Source: an uncultured Eubacteriales bacterium
Lineage (GTDB): Bacteria > Bacillota > Clostridia > UBA1212 > CASDQQ01
Assembly (NCBI GenBank): GCA_964392835.1
Contig: CAYMRI010000001.1
Location: forward strand, 1 to 33,747
DNA length: 33,747 bases
Direction: 5' to 3'
A program made the position numbers and the translations under genes. The notes beneath the pieces are model-generated. The model worked only from the letters and a program-made list of their open reading frames with translations. It made no database searches and was not told the DNA's origin. Positions 19,819-28,962 of the stretch are shown here, one piece after another. Position 1 is the first letter of the stretch, and the number at the start of each line of letters is the position of its first letter.

Positions 19819-22800
19819 CAGTCCTCCATACCCACTTTTACAAAGCAATACCGGTCTCTCCAACTATGCACAGAATAATTGCCGTGAGGGCTAAAGCACC
19901 CCGGCGACACACCGTAAAGCTCTCCGCCCGGATGGTGGTGAGGCCCCAGTACATTTCGGTTGCCGATTACCAGTTCAAACGTAATTTTATTCATAGCATT
20001 GGGATTTAAGAAGTCGGTCAAATCCGCTTCATAATCCGCCCAAAGATACGTGTTCACTTCTTTGTCGTTGACAAAGAGTTTACACAAGCCGGCATACGGC
20101 TTGGTCCAACGTAGCATAGTTTCATCCGTCACGAAAACTTCCTGAGAGAGCCGAATGGTGCCACGGAAGAAAGGATATCCTTGTGTTACCAGTTCGCCGC
20201 CATCCAGATGCACATTGCGGTTGGTAATGGCAAACCCGCCGTCGGTAAATAAAGCGCGCCGCGCGCCTTCCGTGTAACCGCTTTGGGAATACACACCAAA
20301 ATCCCCCACCAGATACATACTTTCAATTTCCGTATCATAGGTCAGCTTGTTCCGTTCCGTTTCATGAACATTTTCCCCAAAAAGCACATCGTACACCTTC
20401 TTCTTTTGATAGAAGGTACCCTTTACCAAAATTTCATTTTTTCCCTTTTGCAGGAAAGCACGAATATCTACTTTGTGGAAGGCTTTATCCAACCACCAAC
20501 TGCTGCCATCCCAAGTGACCGGATTGCCGTTTACGGTCACGGTAAAAATCTCCGGTGCATATTCATGTACCAAAGAAAAATCTGCCATCTTCTCTAAGTC
20601 CGCATCTTCTGCAATGGTAAAGTTGTAACGGAAAATCACCTTATCGTCGTAGCGTTTGCCGATGAGCTTATCCATCACATCCAACACCGGCCATGGTCCG
20701 TCAAAAGTCGCCCCATCATCCAGAGAATAAGAAACATAATCTAAGGTCATAGCATTGGCATCTGCCTGTTCTACCGTCCAGTTTCTGCCTAAAACAATTG
20801 GCTTTTGGTATGCCGGCAAAGTAGGTGCAGTCACTTCCGGTACATTTTTCCCTGTTAAAATCACATAAGACTGCATAGGTTCAAAATGCAATTTCACCAA
20901 AATGCCATCTGCTGTTTCGTGGATTGCCAGCGGGTGCACGCTCATATCTTCTAAGTTTAATTGCACCGCCTGTGTCTGGCCGGAAAGTTTTACTTGCACG
21001 GTATAAGACCCATAACGATTTTGGTTTTGTATGAAAAATGCCTCTCCCTCCGGCACCCTTCTGTGACAGTAGCGGACCTCTTTCACTTCTCCTTCTCTGT
21101 CGGTGATGGAAATATTTTTCAAACCTTGAGAGGAAAAATATCCAAGCATCAGCTCATCATCTTTGGGCACATGTGAAATTCTCTCTGCCAACTGTTTCAT
21201 TCTGTCATCCAAACGGCCGTCAATTCTTGTAGGCATATCGCCGATGGAAACGATGCGACCCCCTTGTTGTAAGAAGGCATCCAATAACAGATAGGTACTT
21301 TCATCCATAGTTTCCATGCTGGGCAATACCACCGCTTTATAATGACAATTACCTACATGGAACAAGCCGTTTTTCACACTGCCGTGGCGTTCCAAAATGG
21401 TTTCATCTCCAAAATGATAAGGAATATGCAACCCGGCCAAGGTATTTGCCATCCATTCCATATCCCGGTCCAATCTGCGTAAGCGTTCACTGTCGCAGTC
21501 GGTATAGGAAACCCAAGCACTGTGCATGGGGTGCAGAAGCAAAACGTCCACTTGCTCTTCCCCATCTGCCAGTAATTTGCTCAGCCGTGCAAAATAATCA
21601 TTAAAGTCTTTATAATCCTTCCACCAGGGGGATTGATAAAAAATGGAAGGTGGATAGTCTCTTTTTCGCATGCCACGAATGGAATAGCCCTCCAGGTGCT
21701 GACAAATGGAATTGACACCATTGACAAACTGCCATTCTGCAATCCATTTTAATTCTTCCATGCTCACATCCCAACCACAAAGAGCAAATGTTTCGGTCAA
21801 AACAAATTTTTTACCCAACTGTCTTGCAGCAGAGCTGACCTGCCGGGGAATAATGGGGGATGCAATGTGTCTGCCTAACCAGTCAATACCCGGCTGGTGC
21901 ATATATTCATAAATAGGCATTACTCCTGCGGTACACCGCATTTGAGCCAACAGATTATCTTCATTCATGGCGTGTCCTGTCCACTTGCAACCATGGACCT
22001 CGCACCAGTCGTAAATCTGTTTCCCAAAAGACTTGGTATACAAATCACTGACCAGTTTCCAGTAGTCATAACGGAAGTGTTCTGCGTCCTTCACTTCATG
22101 GAACAGGCAGATTAAATGTTCCACGGGATTGTAAAAATACCGCAGGAAAAATTGTTCCGGCAATATGTAGGACCACGGGGTGTGGCAGTTGGAATACTGG
22201 GGCTCATCGGTGAAGAATCCCGGCATCTTTCCATCCCCAAACTTATCGCCGATACGCTTATAGTATTCTTCATAGGTGCAATCAATAAAAGCTTTGACCA
22301 CCTTGGGATTTAAGGTGTCGACATAATATTGATTTTTGTTGTGGCATACAAAATATATGGTTTGCCCATAGGTGCCAGCCAGTACCGCTTCTTTGACAGA
22401 AGCATCTATGGTCACTTCATTTCCCAGATAGGCATATTCCCGGGTAGCATCATCAATGGTGTAGAGACCTAAAATAGGGCCGTTGGGGTTATTTTTTCCA
22501 TAAACACCCCACTCCAACCAGCGCACATGGTATTCATCCCCCAATGCAGTCACTTTGCCCCCACCAAAACCGGAGGGCCATCCGTCTTCGTCATAGGACC
22601 AGGAATCCATGCCCAGTTTGCTGCCTTCGTCAATGCAGGCTTCGATACACCGGAACCAGTCATCCCCTAAGTATTCGGTAATGAGGCCCCCTCTGGCGTG
22701 CATAAAATAGCCGCCCAAGCCGGCCTTCTTCATTTCGCGGATTTGCCACCGAAGTTCCTCCGGATCCAGTTTGTCGTTCCAGGACCAAAAAGGGGTGGCA

Positions 22801-22847
22801 CGATATTCATTTGATGGTTGTGCTAAAGTTTTTAGGTAGTGCTTCAT
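19818..22847 (-). CDS. Large cytoplasmic glycoside hydrolase, GH106-like ('glycosylhydrolase-like jelly roll'/alpha-L-rhamnosidase family, tentative), 1009 aa
   Basis: The N-terminal block YRATPFWSWNDKLDPEELRWQIREMKKAGLGGYFMHARGGLITEYLGDDWF matches my memory of the GH106/PF17132-type N-terminus (PFW.WN..L...EL..QI..MK..G.GG.F.H.R.GL.T.YL...WF). There is no signal peptide. The family call was not verified by search. Confidence 0.6.
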   Translation of the reverse strand: MKHYLKTLAQPSNEYRATPFWSWNDKLDPEELRWQIREMKKAGLGGYFMHARGGLITEYLGDDWFRCIEACIDEGSKLGMDSWSYDEDGWPSGFGGGKVTALGDEYHVRWLEWGVYGKNNPNGPILGLYTIDDATREYAYLGNEVTIDASVKEAVLAGTYGQTIYFVCHNKNQYYVDTLNPKVVKAFIDCTYEEYYKRIGDKFGDGKMPGFFTDEPQYSNCHTPWSYILPEQFFLRYFYNPVEHLICLFHEVKDAEHFRYDYWKLVSDLYTKSFGKQIYDWCEVHGCKWTGHAMNEDNLLAQMRCTAGVMPIYEYMHQPGIDWLGRHIASPIIPRQVSSAARQLGKKFVLTETFALCGWDVSMEELKWIAEWQFVNGVNSICQHLEGYSIRGMRKRDYPPSIFYQSPWWKDYKDFNDYFARLSKLLADGEEQVDVLLLHPMHSAWVSYTDCDSERLRRLDRDMEWMANTLAGLHIPYHFGDETILERHGSVKNGLFHVGNCHYKAVVLPSMETMDESTYLLLDAFLQQGGRIVSIGDMPTRIDGRLDDRMKQLAERISHVPKDDELMLGYFSSQGLKNISITDREGEVKEVRYCHRRVPEGEAFFIQNQNRYGSYTVQVKLSGQTQAVQLNLEDMSVHPLAIHETADGILVKLHFEPMQSYVILTGKNVPEVTAPTLPAYQKPIVLGRNWTVEQADANAMTLDYVSYSLDDGATFDGPWPVLDVMDKLIGKRYDDKVIFRYNFTIAEDADLEKMADFSLVHEYAPEIFTVTVNGNPVTWDGSSWWLDKAFHKVDIRAFLQKGKNEILVKGTFYQKKKVYDVLFGENVHETERNKLTYDTEIESMYLVGDFGVYSQSGYTEGARRALFTDGGFAITNRNVHLDGGELVTQGYPFFRGTIRLSQEVFVTDETMLRWTKPYAGLCKLFVNDKEVNTYLWADYEADLTDFLNPNAMNKITFELVIGNRNVLGPHHHPGGELYGVSPGCFSPHGNYSVHSWRDRYCFVKVGMED

Positions 22848-22865
22848 GGAAAGTTCCTTCCTTTT

Positions 22866-24452
22866 TTAGCTGTCTTTAGAAATAAATTTGAAGTCAATTC
22901 CTTTTTCTGTGCCATATAAATCATAGGCGTAATCTGCATCTTCCTCTTGGAATGCATAATAGTAAGTGGCTGTGGCCGTTGTATATACATGATGAACCTC
23001 TTCGGAAATCAATTCCGGCTCTTTTCCATCCTTTACAGCATACAATTCGCTTTTTTCACCATACTGCATAGCATCATTGCACAAAAACAATACATAATCA
23101 TCATGGGTAATATAGAAAGAGTATACAGAATCGGCAAGCTTTACTGCCTTTTCAGTTCCTTTTTGATACCAGAGAGCGAGATTGGTATCGTGGTAATAAA
23201 CCGCACTGCCGTCGGATGTCATGACAAAAGAAATTACATTCTCTGCAATCTTCTCTTTCTTGTCTATCTCTGCATTTTTAATTTTAAAAATGGTATTATC
23301 CTCTGCATAGCAAAGAACAGAACCGTCATAACTGAGTCCATAGGATTTACCGGTCAGCTTTGATGAAACCTCTTTTGCTTCCCAGTTTTCATTTACATAA
23401 CATAAGGTATTTCTGCCGTTACCTAAGTAATATTTTCCTGCTAAAGAGTCTACGCCATAGGTAAGAATGTTTCCATAAAATTCCCCTTTAGAAAAAGCTC
23501 CCATAGGGATTACCATATAAGTTTCAATGCTTGCCATAGCAAAATTAATTAAATTCAAAATTTCTTTCCGTTCTCCATGGTCTATTACCTGCCACTTTCC
23601 GTCACCACAAAAAATAAGTTGCGTATGGTCTTTATTTAAAATATAAAAATTGCGCGGTCCCTCTGCCATTTGCGTTACATTGCCTGACAAATCCGCAAGA
23701 TAAAAACCATAGGCGCTGATAGAAGAACAATAAATATACTGTGCATCATTGGAAATGGCACGCGGTTTTAAGTCTCTTCCTATTTTGGTATGTTTCCCCT
23801 GATGATACACATATAAAATAGATTCCTCGCCCTCTTCTTTTACATAGGCAACAGAATTTCCATCCGGTGAAATGGCAAAGCCGGTAGCTGCTTGTTCACA
23901 AAGTAATACAGGCTCATCTTTTACAGGAATGGATTGTAAATATAATTTGTTTTCTGCGTCCAAATAGACTGCTGCTTTTCCGGAAAGTGCCAAGTTAAAA
24001 TACCCACTCTTTCCAATGCTTTTGGAAATTCCCTCTTTTGTAGCCACATAAATATTTTTATCGCTACCATATAAAAGCTGAACATTTCCATCTAAACTAA
24101 CCAAGTCCCCCGTATAGGAAAAATAACCGGCAAACGGCTCTCCTATCTTGTCTGCATTTGCCACCAATATGGTTTCCGTCTCAGAAAGATTATTTGTTAC
24201 CAATAATGTGGTGTCCGGGAACATATAATCACTTTCCATTTCCGCCCCATTGGGCAGAACAAACACCACAACCAAAATCGCAACAAGCACCAGTGCAACT
24301 GCCCCTAAAATAATGGGAAGAAGCGTTTTTTTCTTTTTGGGTGCGGGCACTGTTTCCTCCTTCTGTTGTGCTGTCTCCAAAGAAAGGCCGCACTGGGTAC
24401 ATGTCATCTCCTGATCCTCATTTTCTGTTCTACAATAACTACAGACCTTCAT
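22866..24452 (-). CDS. Zinc-ribbon / TM / beta-propeller-like membrane protein, paralog 3 of the 8235 and 9802 family, 528 aa
   Basis: MKVCSYCRTENEDQEMTCTQCG is a CxxC...CxxC zinc ribbon, followed by the TM helix LLPIILGAVALVLVAILVVVFVL. The extracytoplasmic domain has the same blade motifs (ISPDGNSVAYV, ISNDAQYIYCSS, FYILNKDHTQLIF, MTSDGSAVYYHD). RBS GGAGGGG is upstream. It lies 13 nt after GH32 and 18 nt before the next hydrolase gene. Confidence 0.78.
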   Translation of the reverse strand: MKVCSYCRTENEDQEMTCTQCGLSLETAQQKEETVPAPKKKKTLLPIILGAVALVLVAILVVVFVLPNGAEMESDYMFPDTTLLVTNNLSETETILVANADKIGEPFAGYFSYTGDLVSLDGNVQLLYGSDKNIYVATKEGISKSIGKSGYFNLALSGKAAVYLDAENKLYLQSIPVKDEPVLLCEQAATGFAISPDGNSVAYVKEEGEESILYVYHQGKHTKIGRDLKPRAISNDAQYIYCSSISAYGFYLADLSGNVTQMAEGPRNFYILNKDHTQLIFCGDGKWQVIDHGERKEILNLINFAMASIETYMVIPMGAFSKGEFYGNILTYGVDSLAGKYYLGNGRNTLCYVNENWEAKEVSSKLTGKSYGLSYDGSVLCYAEDNTIFKIKNAEIDKKEKIAENVISFVMTSDGSAVYYHDTNLALWYQKGTEKAVKLADSVYSFYITHDDYVLFLCNDAMQYGEKSELYAVKDGKEPELISEEVHHVYTTATATYYYAFQEEDADYAYDLYGTEKGIDFKFISKDS

Positions 24453-24465
24453 AAAAAATCCCCTC

Positions 24466-26025
24466 CTAAATATTTTTTAAACGATGGATACTTGCACTTT
24501 GTATGTGTAAAACTCCTTCTACTGTTTTTACGGACAGTTGATTTAAGGTGTAGTCACAGATAAAACCATTACACATAAAAACCTGTCCCCGATCCTCATA
24601 AATTTCAATTCCCAGTTTATCTACCAGCAATCGTAATTTTAGCACATTATCAGGATAAAAAATAGGCATAGAAGCCCCATCCATGAAAATTTGATTGTCT
24701 TTGGCGTTACACTTGATTTCCATGCCGAACAGAGAAATGATTGCCACGCTGTCTGCCTGTAACTGCAGTTCCAGTTCTATGTCGTAGGCACTGCCGTCCA
24801 ATATGGTTTCCAACGCCTCCAACCCTACATAATCCTTGGTTTCTTCCCAAAGGGTTTCCACTTCCTTAATGGGATAACTGCAAAGACACAGTTCGTCGTC
24901 AATGGTCTTTAATTCCATTTGGGTGGGGATGCACATGGAGCAGTTAAACGCTTCAAAAGGTGCATGGGTGGTATTCCAGGCAATTCGAACCCGTCTTCCT
25001 ACGCCGTCAGCACCCTGTAAGCCTGAAAATGTTTGGGCAGCATAGCTATTCTTACCATAATGGAGCCGCTTTTCCTCCATCTCCGGAACAAACTTGCCGT
25101 TTACCACTTCCCCAATCAAATAATGGTCATGAGCTGCAGTAAACACCCATTTTTTCTTATTTGTATCACCGTCTACATACAGCGGGTAAAAATCGGGACA
25201 TTCATCGTCCCCCTGCATGGTTAACTTTTGTAACAATTCCCAGTGCAATAAATCTTGTGATTGATAAATCGCAAAATCATGTCCGTTTAAGAAAAGTGCC
25301 AACACATAAGCACCGATTTCCGGGCAGTAAATCACTTTGGGGTCTCTGTTTTCCGCTTCCACATGGGGAATAATGGGATTGCCTTTGTATTTTTCAAAGG
25401 TCTTACCACCGTCTTTGCTAATGGCAACACATTGGGTAAACCGTTTTCCTTTGGACATCAAATTGTTGCCGCCGGCTGCGGTATAAAACAACATGATGTT
25501 GCCGTCTTTATTTTTGATGGCAGAGCCGGAAAACATGGTGCCAAATTCGTCGGAAAACAGTGCTTCGTCCAGTTCCTCCCAATGGAGCAAGTCTTTGCTG
25601 ACAGCGTGTCCCCAGTGCATGTTTCCCCACATATGGCCCACCGGGTTGTGTTGGAAAAATAGATGATACAATCCGGTATCCGCATCATAGATACAGCCGT
25701 TGGGGTCGTTAATCCAACCATAGGACGCGGAAAAATGCGCAGTGGGTCTGTATTTTTCCTTATAAATGCCGTCTTTTGGTAATTCGTCAATCATTTCAAA
25801 GATGTAATCCAGTGCAGGTACACATTCCAGCTCCAGTGTTTCACCGTGGAAGCGAGAAATATCCAAATATCCGTAGTAATCCGGCCTTACAATATCAATG
25901 GCAGCATCCACGTCATAAACAATTTTCTTGCCTTCCGGGGTGTTCCGAGAAAGAATGATTTTTTTATTTCTCGCATGATAGCCTAAAGGCACTACAATGT
26001 ACTTCTTTGTAATGAAAATTTGCAT
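24466..26025 (-). CDS. Glycoside hydrolase family 32 (beta-fructofuranosidase/sucrose-6-P hydrolase/fructanase type), cytoplasmic, 519 aa
   Basis: All three GH32 catalytic blocks are present: WINDPNG (nucleophile), RDPKV and ECPD. An N-terminal extension of about 95 aa precedes WINDPNG. There is no signal peptide. RBS AAGGAGG is upstream. Confidence 0.9.
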   Translation of the reverse strand: MQIFITKKYIVVPLGYHARNKKIILSRNTPEGKKIVYDVDAAIDIVRPDYYGYLDISRFHGETLELECVPALDYIFEMIDELPKDGIYKEKYRPTAHFSASYGWINDPNGCIYDADTGLYHLFFQHNPVGHMWGNMHWGHAVSKDLLHWEELDEALFSDEFGTMFSGSAIKNKDGNIMLFYTAAGGNNLMSKGKRFTQCVAISKDGGKTFEKYKGNPIIPHVEAENRDPKVIYCPEIGAYVLALFLNGHDFAIYQSQDLLHWELLQKLTMQGDDECPDFYPLYVDGDTNKKKWVFTAAHDHYLIGEVVNGKFVPEMEEKRLHYGKNSYAAQTFSGLQGADGVGRRVRIAWNTTHAPFEAFNCSMCIPTQMELKTIDDELCLCSYPIKEVETLWEETKDYVGLEALETILDGSAYDIELELQLQADSVAIISLFGMEIKCNAKDNQIFMDGASMPIFYPDNVLKLRLLVDKLGIEIYEDRGQVFMCNGFICDYTLNQLSVKTVEGVLHIQSASIHRLKNI

Positions 26026-26232
26026 ATGAAATTACCTCCTTGAATAAAAAGAGTTCTTTCTATTAAGATATACGATTTTGCAACTTTTCACAAGGAAAAA
26101 TTATGTAAAAAAATGAGAAATTGAGACAGGCTTTCGATTTCCTTTTTTCAAAACCGTCACATAATATTTTTCTTCCCTTCATTTTAAACCCCACGGATAT
26201 CTTGTATACTAAAGAAAATAGGAGGATGGAAA

Positions 26233-28959
26233 ATGGGAAAAAAAACATATTTAAAAGTATCTTGCCTGCTGTGCGCTTTTATTTTATTGATAACTGCTGC
26301 ATGTGGCACTGACCAAACAAATAACAATTCAAATGCAACAGATGCAGATGCGGTACGGCATTATGCTACCACTTGGAGTTACGACGAGGATTTTCACTGG
26401 TATGCCTGCACCGATACCGGTTACACAGATTTGCGTAGCCAGGAAGAGGCACATACTTTTTCCGAAGCGATAATTCAGGAAGCCACCTATACCGAAACCG
26501 GTCTTGCAAAGTATACCTGTACCGTTTGCGATTATTCTTATGAATCCGTATTAGGTTTAAAAGTGGATATTTTAGAGCTGCCTACTCTGGCAGAAGAAAC
26601 CGTTTATATCGGACAGCCCCTTTCCACCATTTCTCTTACGGGTGGCAGCGGCAGTGTAGATGGTGTGTTTACCTGGACCAATCCGGAGGAAACCGTAACC
26701 GCACAGGGTACTTACAGTATCACCTTTGTGCCTAATGATACTACCTACGGCAAAATAAGCGCTTCCATTTCCCTTTCTGCCGAACAACTAACCATTACTG
26801 TAAACGCCGGTCAAGAAGGCATGGTAACCCCTTCCGGCACCACAAATGTGAATTACGGCGATACTTTGCAGATTACCGCCATGCCCAACCTGGGTTATGC
26901 AGTTTCTAAATTGGTAGTAGATGGCAAAGAAATGACGGCAGCCTCCGTTTATACATTTGAAAATATTACCCAAAGTCACACCTTGTCTGTTTCTTTTGAG
27001 GAATCGGATTCTTCCATTTCCATTTCTTGTGTTTCCGGCACTGCGGGTTGCTACTCTATCGCAGGAAATACGATTACCTTTTCCGGCATTAAAGCAGATT
27101 CTGTCTACGCCATTTCCGGTGAAATGATGGGAAACATTGTCATTTCTATAGACGATGCATATCAATTTGATTTAGAGCTTTGCGGACTAACCCTTTCTTC
27201 CCAAAGCACCAGTCCTATTACAATCCTTTCCGGGGACAAAGTGACCATTTCTGCCAAAAGCGGATATACCAACGCAATATATGATTTAAGAGAAACCGTA
27301 GCAGAGGATGACGAAACGCAATATGCCGCTGCGATTCACTCTGTTGTGGACTTAGACATAGAAGGAAAAGGTGCTTTAACCGTCATATCAGAGAATAATA
27401 ACGGCATTCATTCCAAAGATGATTTGGACATAAAAAATCTTACCCTTTCTGTTACTTGTGTGGATAATGCCCTGAAAGGAAATGACAGCGTTACCGTAAC
27501 CGGCGGCAATATCACATTGATTGCTACAGGCGGAGACGGCATTAAAACTTCCGCCACTGACATTTCAGAAAAAGGAAACCAGCGGGGTACTGTTACGCTT
27601 TCCGCAACGAATATGACCATACATGCAGCCTGTGACGGGATTGATGCTGCCTACAACGCCATCGTGGAGGACAATGCTACAACATTAAATATTTTTACAT
27701 CCAAATACTCCGAACATGCAGGAGATGTTTCTTCTTCCGGCTCTTCTTCCTCCGGTACTTCCAACAACGAATACTACATTCGTTTTACTAGCAATCAATA
27801 TAATTATGCAGTTAGATACTATAACAACGATTCTGACACCCTGTGGGTAAGTGCAACCTACCATTCTACGGTTTCCGGCAACAGAAGCAACTATTACTAT
27901 TATTCTTTCCCTAAACATACGAAATATAGTAAAATGCAGTTTTTCATTTTTGAATCTTCTGTGACCCCCAGTGAAGCCAACGAAGCCAAAGCCTTGGTAA
28001 GTTCTGACTATTTGTCCATTAACACAGAATATGACACCTTTGCTTTGACCAGTTCTTACAATGGCCTTTATTATGAATGGGTCAACTACACCACATCCAT
28101 ACAAGATGGTGGTATGGGTGGTATGGGTGGCATGGGTGGTATGAGCGAGGGGAACAGCAATAAAAGTTCTTATTCCGCAAAGGGCATCAAAGCGGGCAAT
28201 GAAATTAAAATTTCCGGCGGCACCATTTCTGTGAAAGCCTATGACGATGCCATTCACGCCAATGCAGATACTACTTTGGAAAACGGCGCAACCCCTACCG
28301 GGAACGTAACCATCTCCGGTGGAAAACTTACCCTGTATTCCAGCGATGACGGGGTTCACGCAGATGGAACTCTGACGGTTTCCGCCGGTACCGTTAATGT
28401 GACAAATTGTTATGAAGGCTTAGAGGGTACTACCATTGCCGTTTCCGGCGGAAATATTTCCGTGGTTTCTTCCGACGACGGTATGAATGCAACCACCACC
28501 AGCGGCACAGCTATTACCATCAGTGGCGGCACCATTTACGTTTATGCCGGCGGTGATGGTCTGGATTCCAACAGTAGAACTTCCTATAGTGGTATTGTAT
28601 TTAAAGGAGGAAACACCGTTGTCATTTGTACTTCCAGTGCAAATTCTGCTTTAGATACAGAAAACGGTTATCAATATACCGCCGGTTCTGTCATTGCCAT
28701 TACGCCTAACGGTGGTATGGGAAGCAGCGAAACCACGCATTGCTCCAATTTTTCCAGCATTGCCTCCAAATCTACTTTATCCATGTCTTCCGGCGAGTAT
28801 TTGACCGTTACTGTCTCCGGGAAGGTAATCGCTACAGTAAAGGCCCCTTGCAAACTTTCTTCTCTGGTTGTGTATCTTGGAAGCACTTCTGCCAAATTTA
28901 CTACTGCGTCTACCACTTCCGTAGGGCTGGACAGCAACGGAGTTTGTTGGGAAAAATAA
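26233..28959 (+). CDS. Large surface lipoprotein: MBG/Ig-like and InlB-B-repeat-like modules plus a Cthe_2159-type parallel beta-helix carbohydrate-binding region, 908 aa
   Basis: The signal peptide has a lipobox (LLITAAC at Cys24). A central module is VNAGQEGMVTPSGTTNVNYGDTLQITAMPNLGYAVSKLVVDG (Listeria-Bacteroides/InlB B-repeat style). The C-terminal half has repeated turns: DDAIHANADTT..ISGG, SSDDGVHADGTL..SAG, CYEGLEGTTI..SGG, SSDDGMNAT, GGDGLDSNS. This is the typical pattern of Cthe_2159-like beta-helix proteins. RBS AGGAGG is 7 nt before the ATG. Confidence 0.75.
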   Translation: MGKKTYLKVSCLLCAFILLITAACGTDQTNNNSNATDADAVRHYATTWSYDEDFHWYACTDTGYTDLRSQEEAHTFSEAIIQEATYTETGLAKYTCTVCDYSYESVLGLKVDILELPTLAEETVYIGQPLSTISLTGGSGSVDGVFTWTNPEETVTAQGTYSITFVPNDTTYGKISASISLSAEQLTITVNAGQEGMVTPSGTTNVNYGDTLQITAMPNLGYAVSKLVVDGKEMTAASVYTFENITQSHTLSVSFEESDSSISISCVSGTAGCYSIAGNTITFSGIKADSVYAISGEMMGNIVISIDDAYQFDLELCGLTLSSQSTSPITILSGDKVTISAKSGYTNAIYDLRETVAEDDETQYAAAIHSVVDLDIEGKGALTVISENNNGIHSKDDLDIKNLTLSVTCVDNALKGNDSVTVTGGNITLIATGGDGIKTSATDISEKGNQRGTVTLSATNMTIHAACDGIDAAYNAIVEDNATTLNIFTSKYSEHAGDVSSSGSSSSGTSNNEYYIRFTSNQYNYAVRYYNNDSDTLWVSATYHSTVSGNRSNYYYYSFPKHTKYSKMQFFIFESSVTPSEANEAKALVSSDYLSINTEYDTFALTSSYNGLYYEWVNYTTSIQDGGMGGMGGMGGMSEGNSNKSSYSAKGIKAGNEIKISGGTISVKAYDDAIHANADTTLENGATPTGNVTISGGKLTLYSSDDGVHADGTLTVSAGTVNVTNCYEGLEGTTIAVSGGNISVVSSDDGMNATTTSGTAITISGGTIYVYAGGDGLDSNSRTSYSGIVFKGGNTVVICTSSANSALDTENGYQYTAGSVIAITPNGGMGSSETTHCSNFSSIASKSTLSMSSGEYLTVTVSGKVIATVKAPCKLSSLVVYLGSTSAKFTTASTTSVGLDSNGVCWEK
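28108..28143 (+). repeat. In-frame 9-nt tandem repeat x4 encoding (Gly-Gly-Met)4
   Basis: GGTGGTATG GGTGGTATG GGTGGCATG GGTGGTATG lies in frame with the 26233 CDS and gives QDGGMGGMGGMGGMSEG. Confidence 0.9.
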
Positions 28960-28962
28960 ATT

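Noticed and set aside
26026-26232. A possible cre or LacI-type operator (TGTGAAAAGTTGCAAA on the minus strand) upstream of the GH32 operon.
   Set aside because: The central CG of the cre and LacI-family consensus is missing and there are several further mismatches. It is not supportable as a site.
26121-26312. A 63-aa ORF whose ATG (26226) is nearest the AGGAGG box upstream of the lipoprotein gene.
   Set aside because: That ATG directly abuts the RBS with zero spacing. The frame gives no signal peptide and overlaps the well-supported lipoprotein frame, which starts at 26233 with 7-nt spacing and a perfect lipobox.
27685-28359. A 224-aa minus-strand ORF inside the lipoprotein gene. The same applies to other long antisense ORFs in the track: 398-679, 6741-7040, 12385-12711, 15423-15938, 18571-19083, 22947-23363, 25363-25790, 26788-27165, 31091-31558 and 31940-32530.
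   Set aside because: All lie antisense or out of frame within CDSs that have clear family signatures. They lack an RBS and give low-complexity or odd-composition translations. One example is HTTHATHTTHTT, which comes from the reverse of the GGM repeat.
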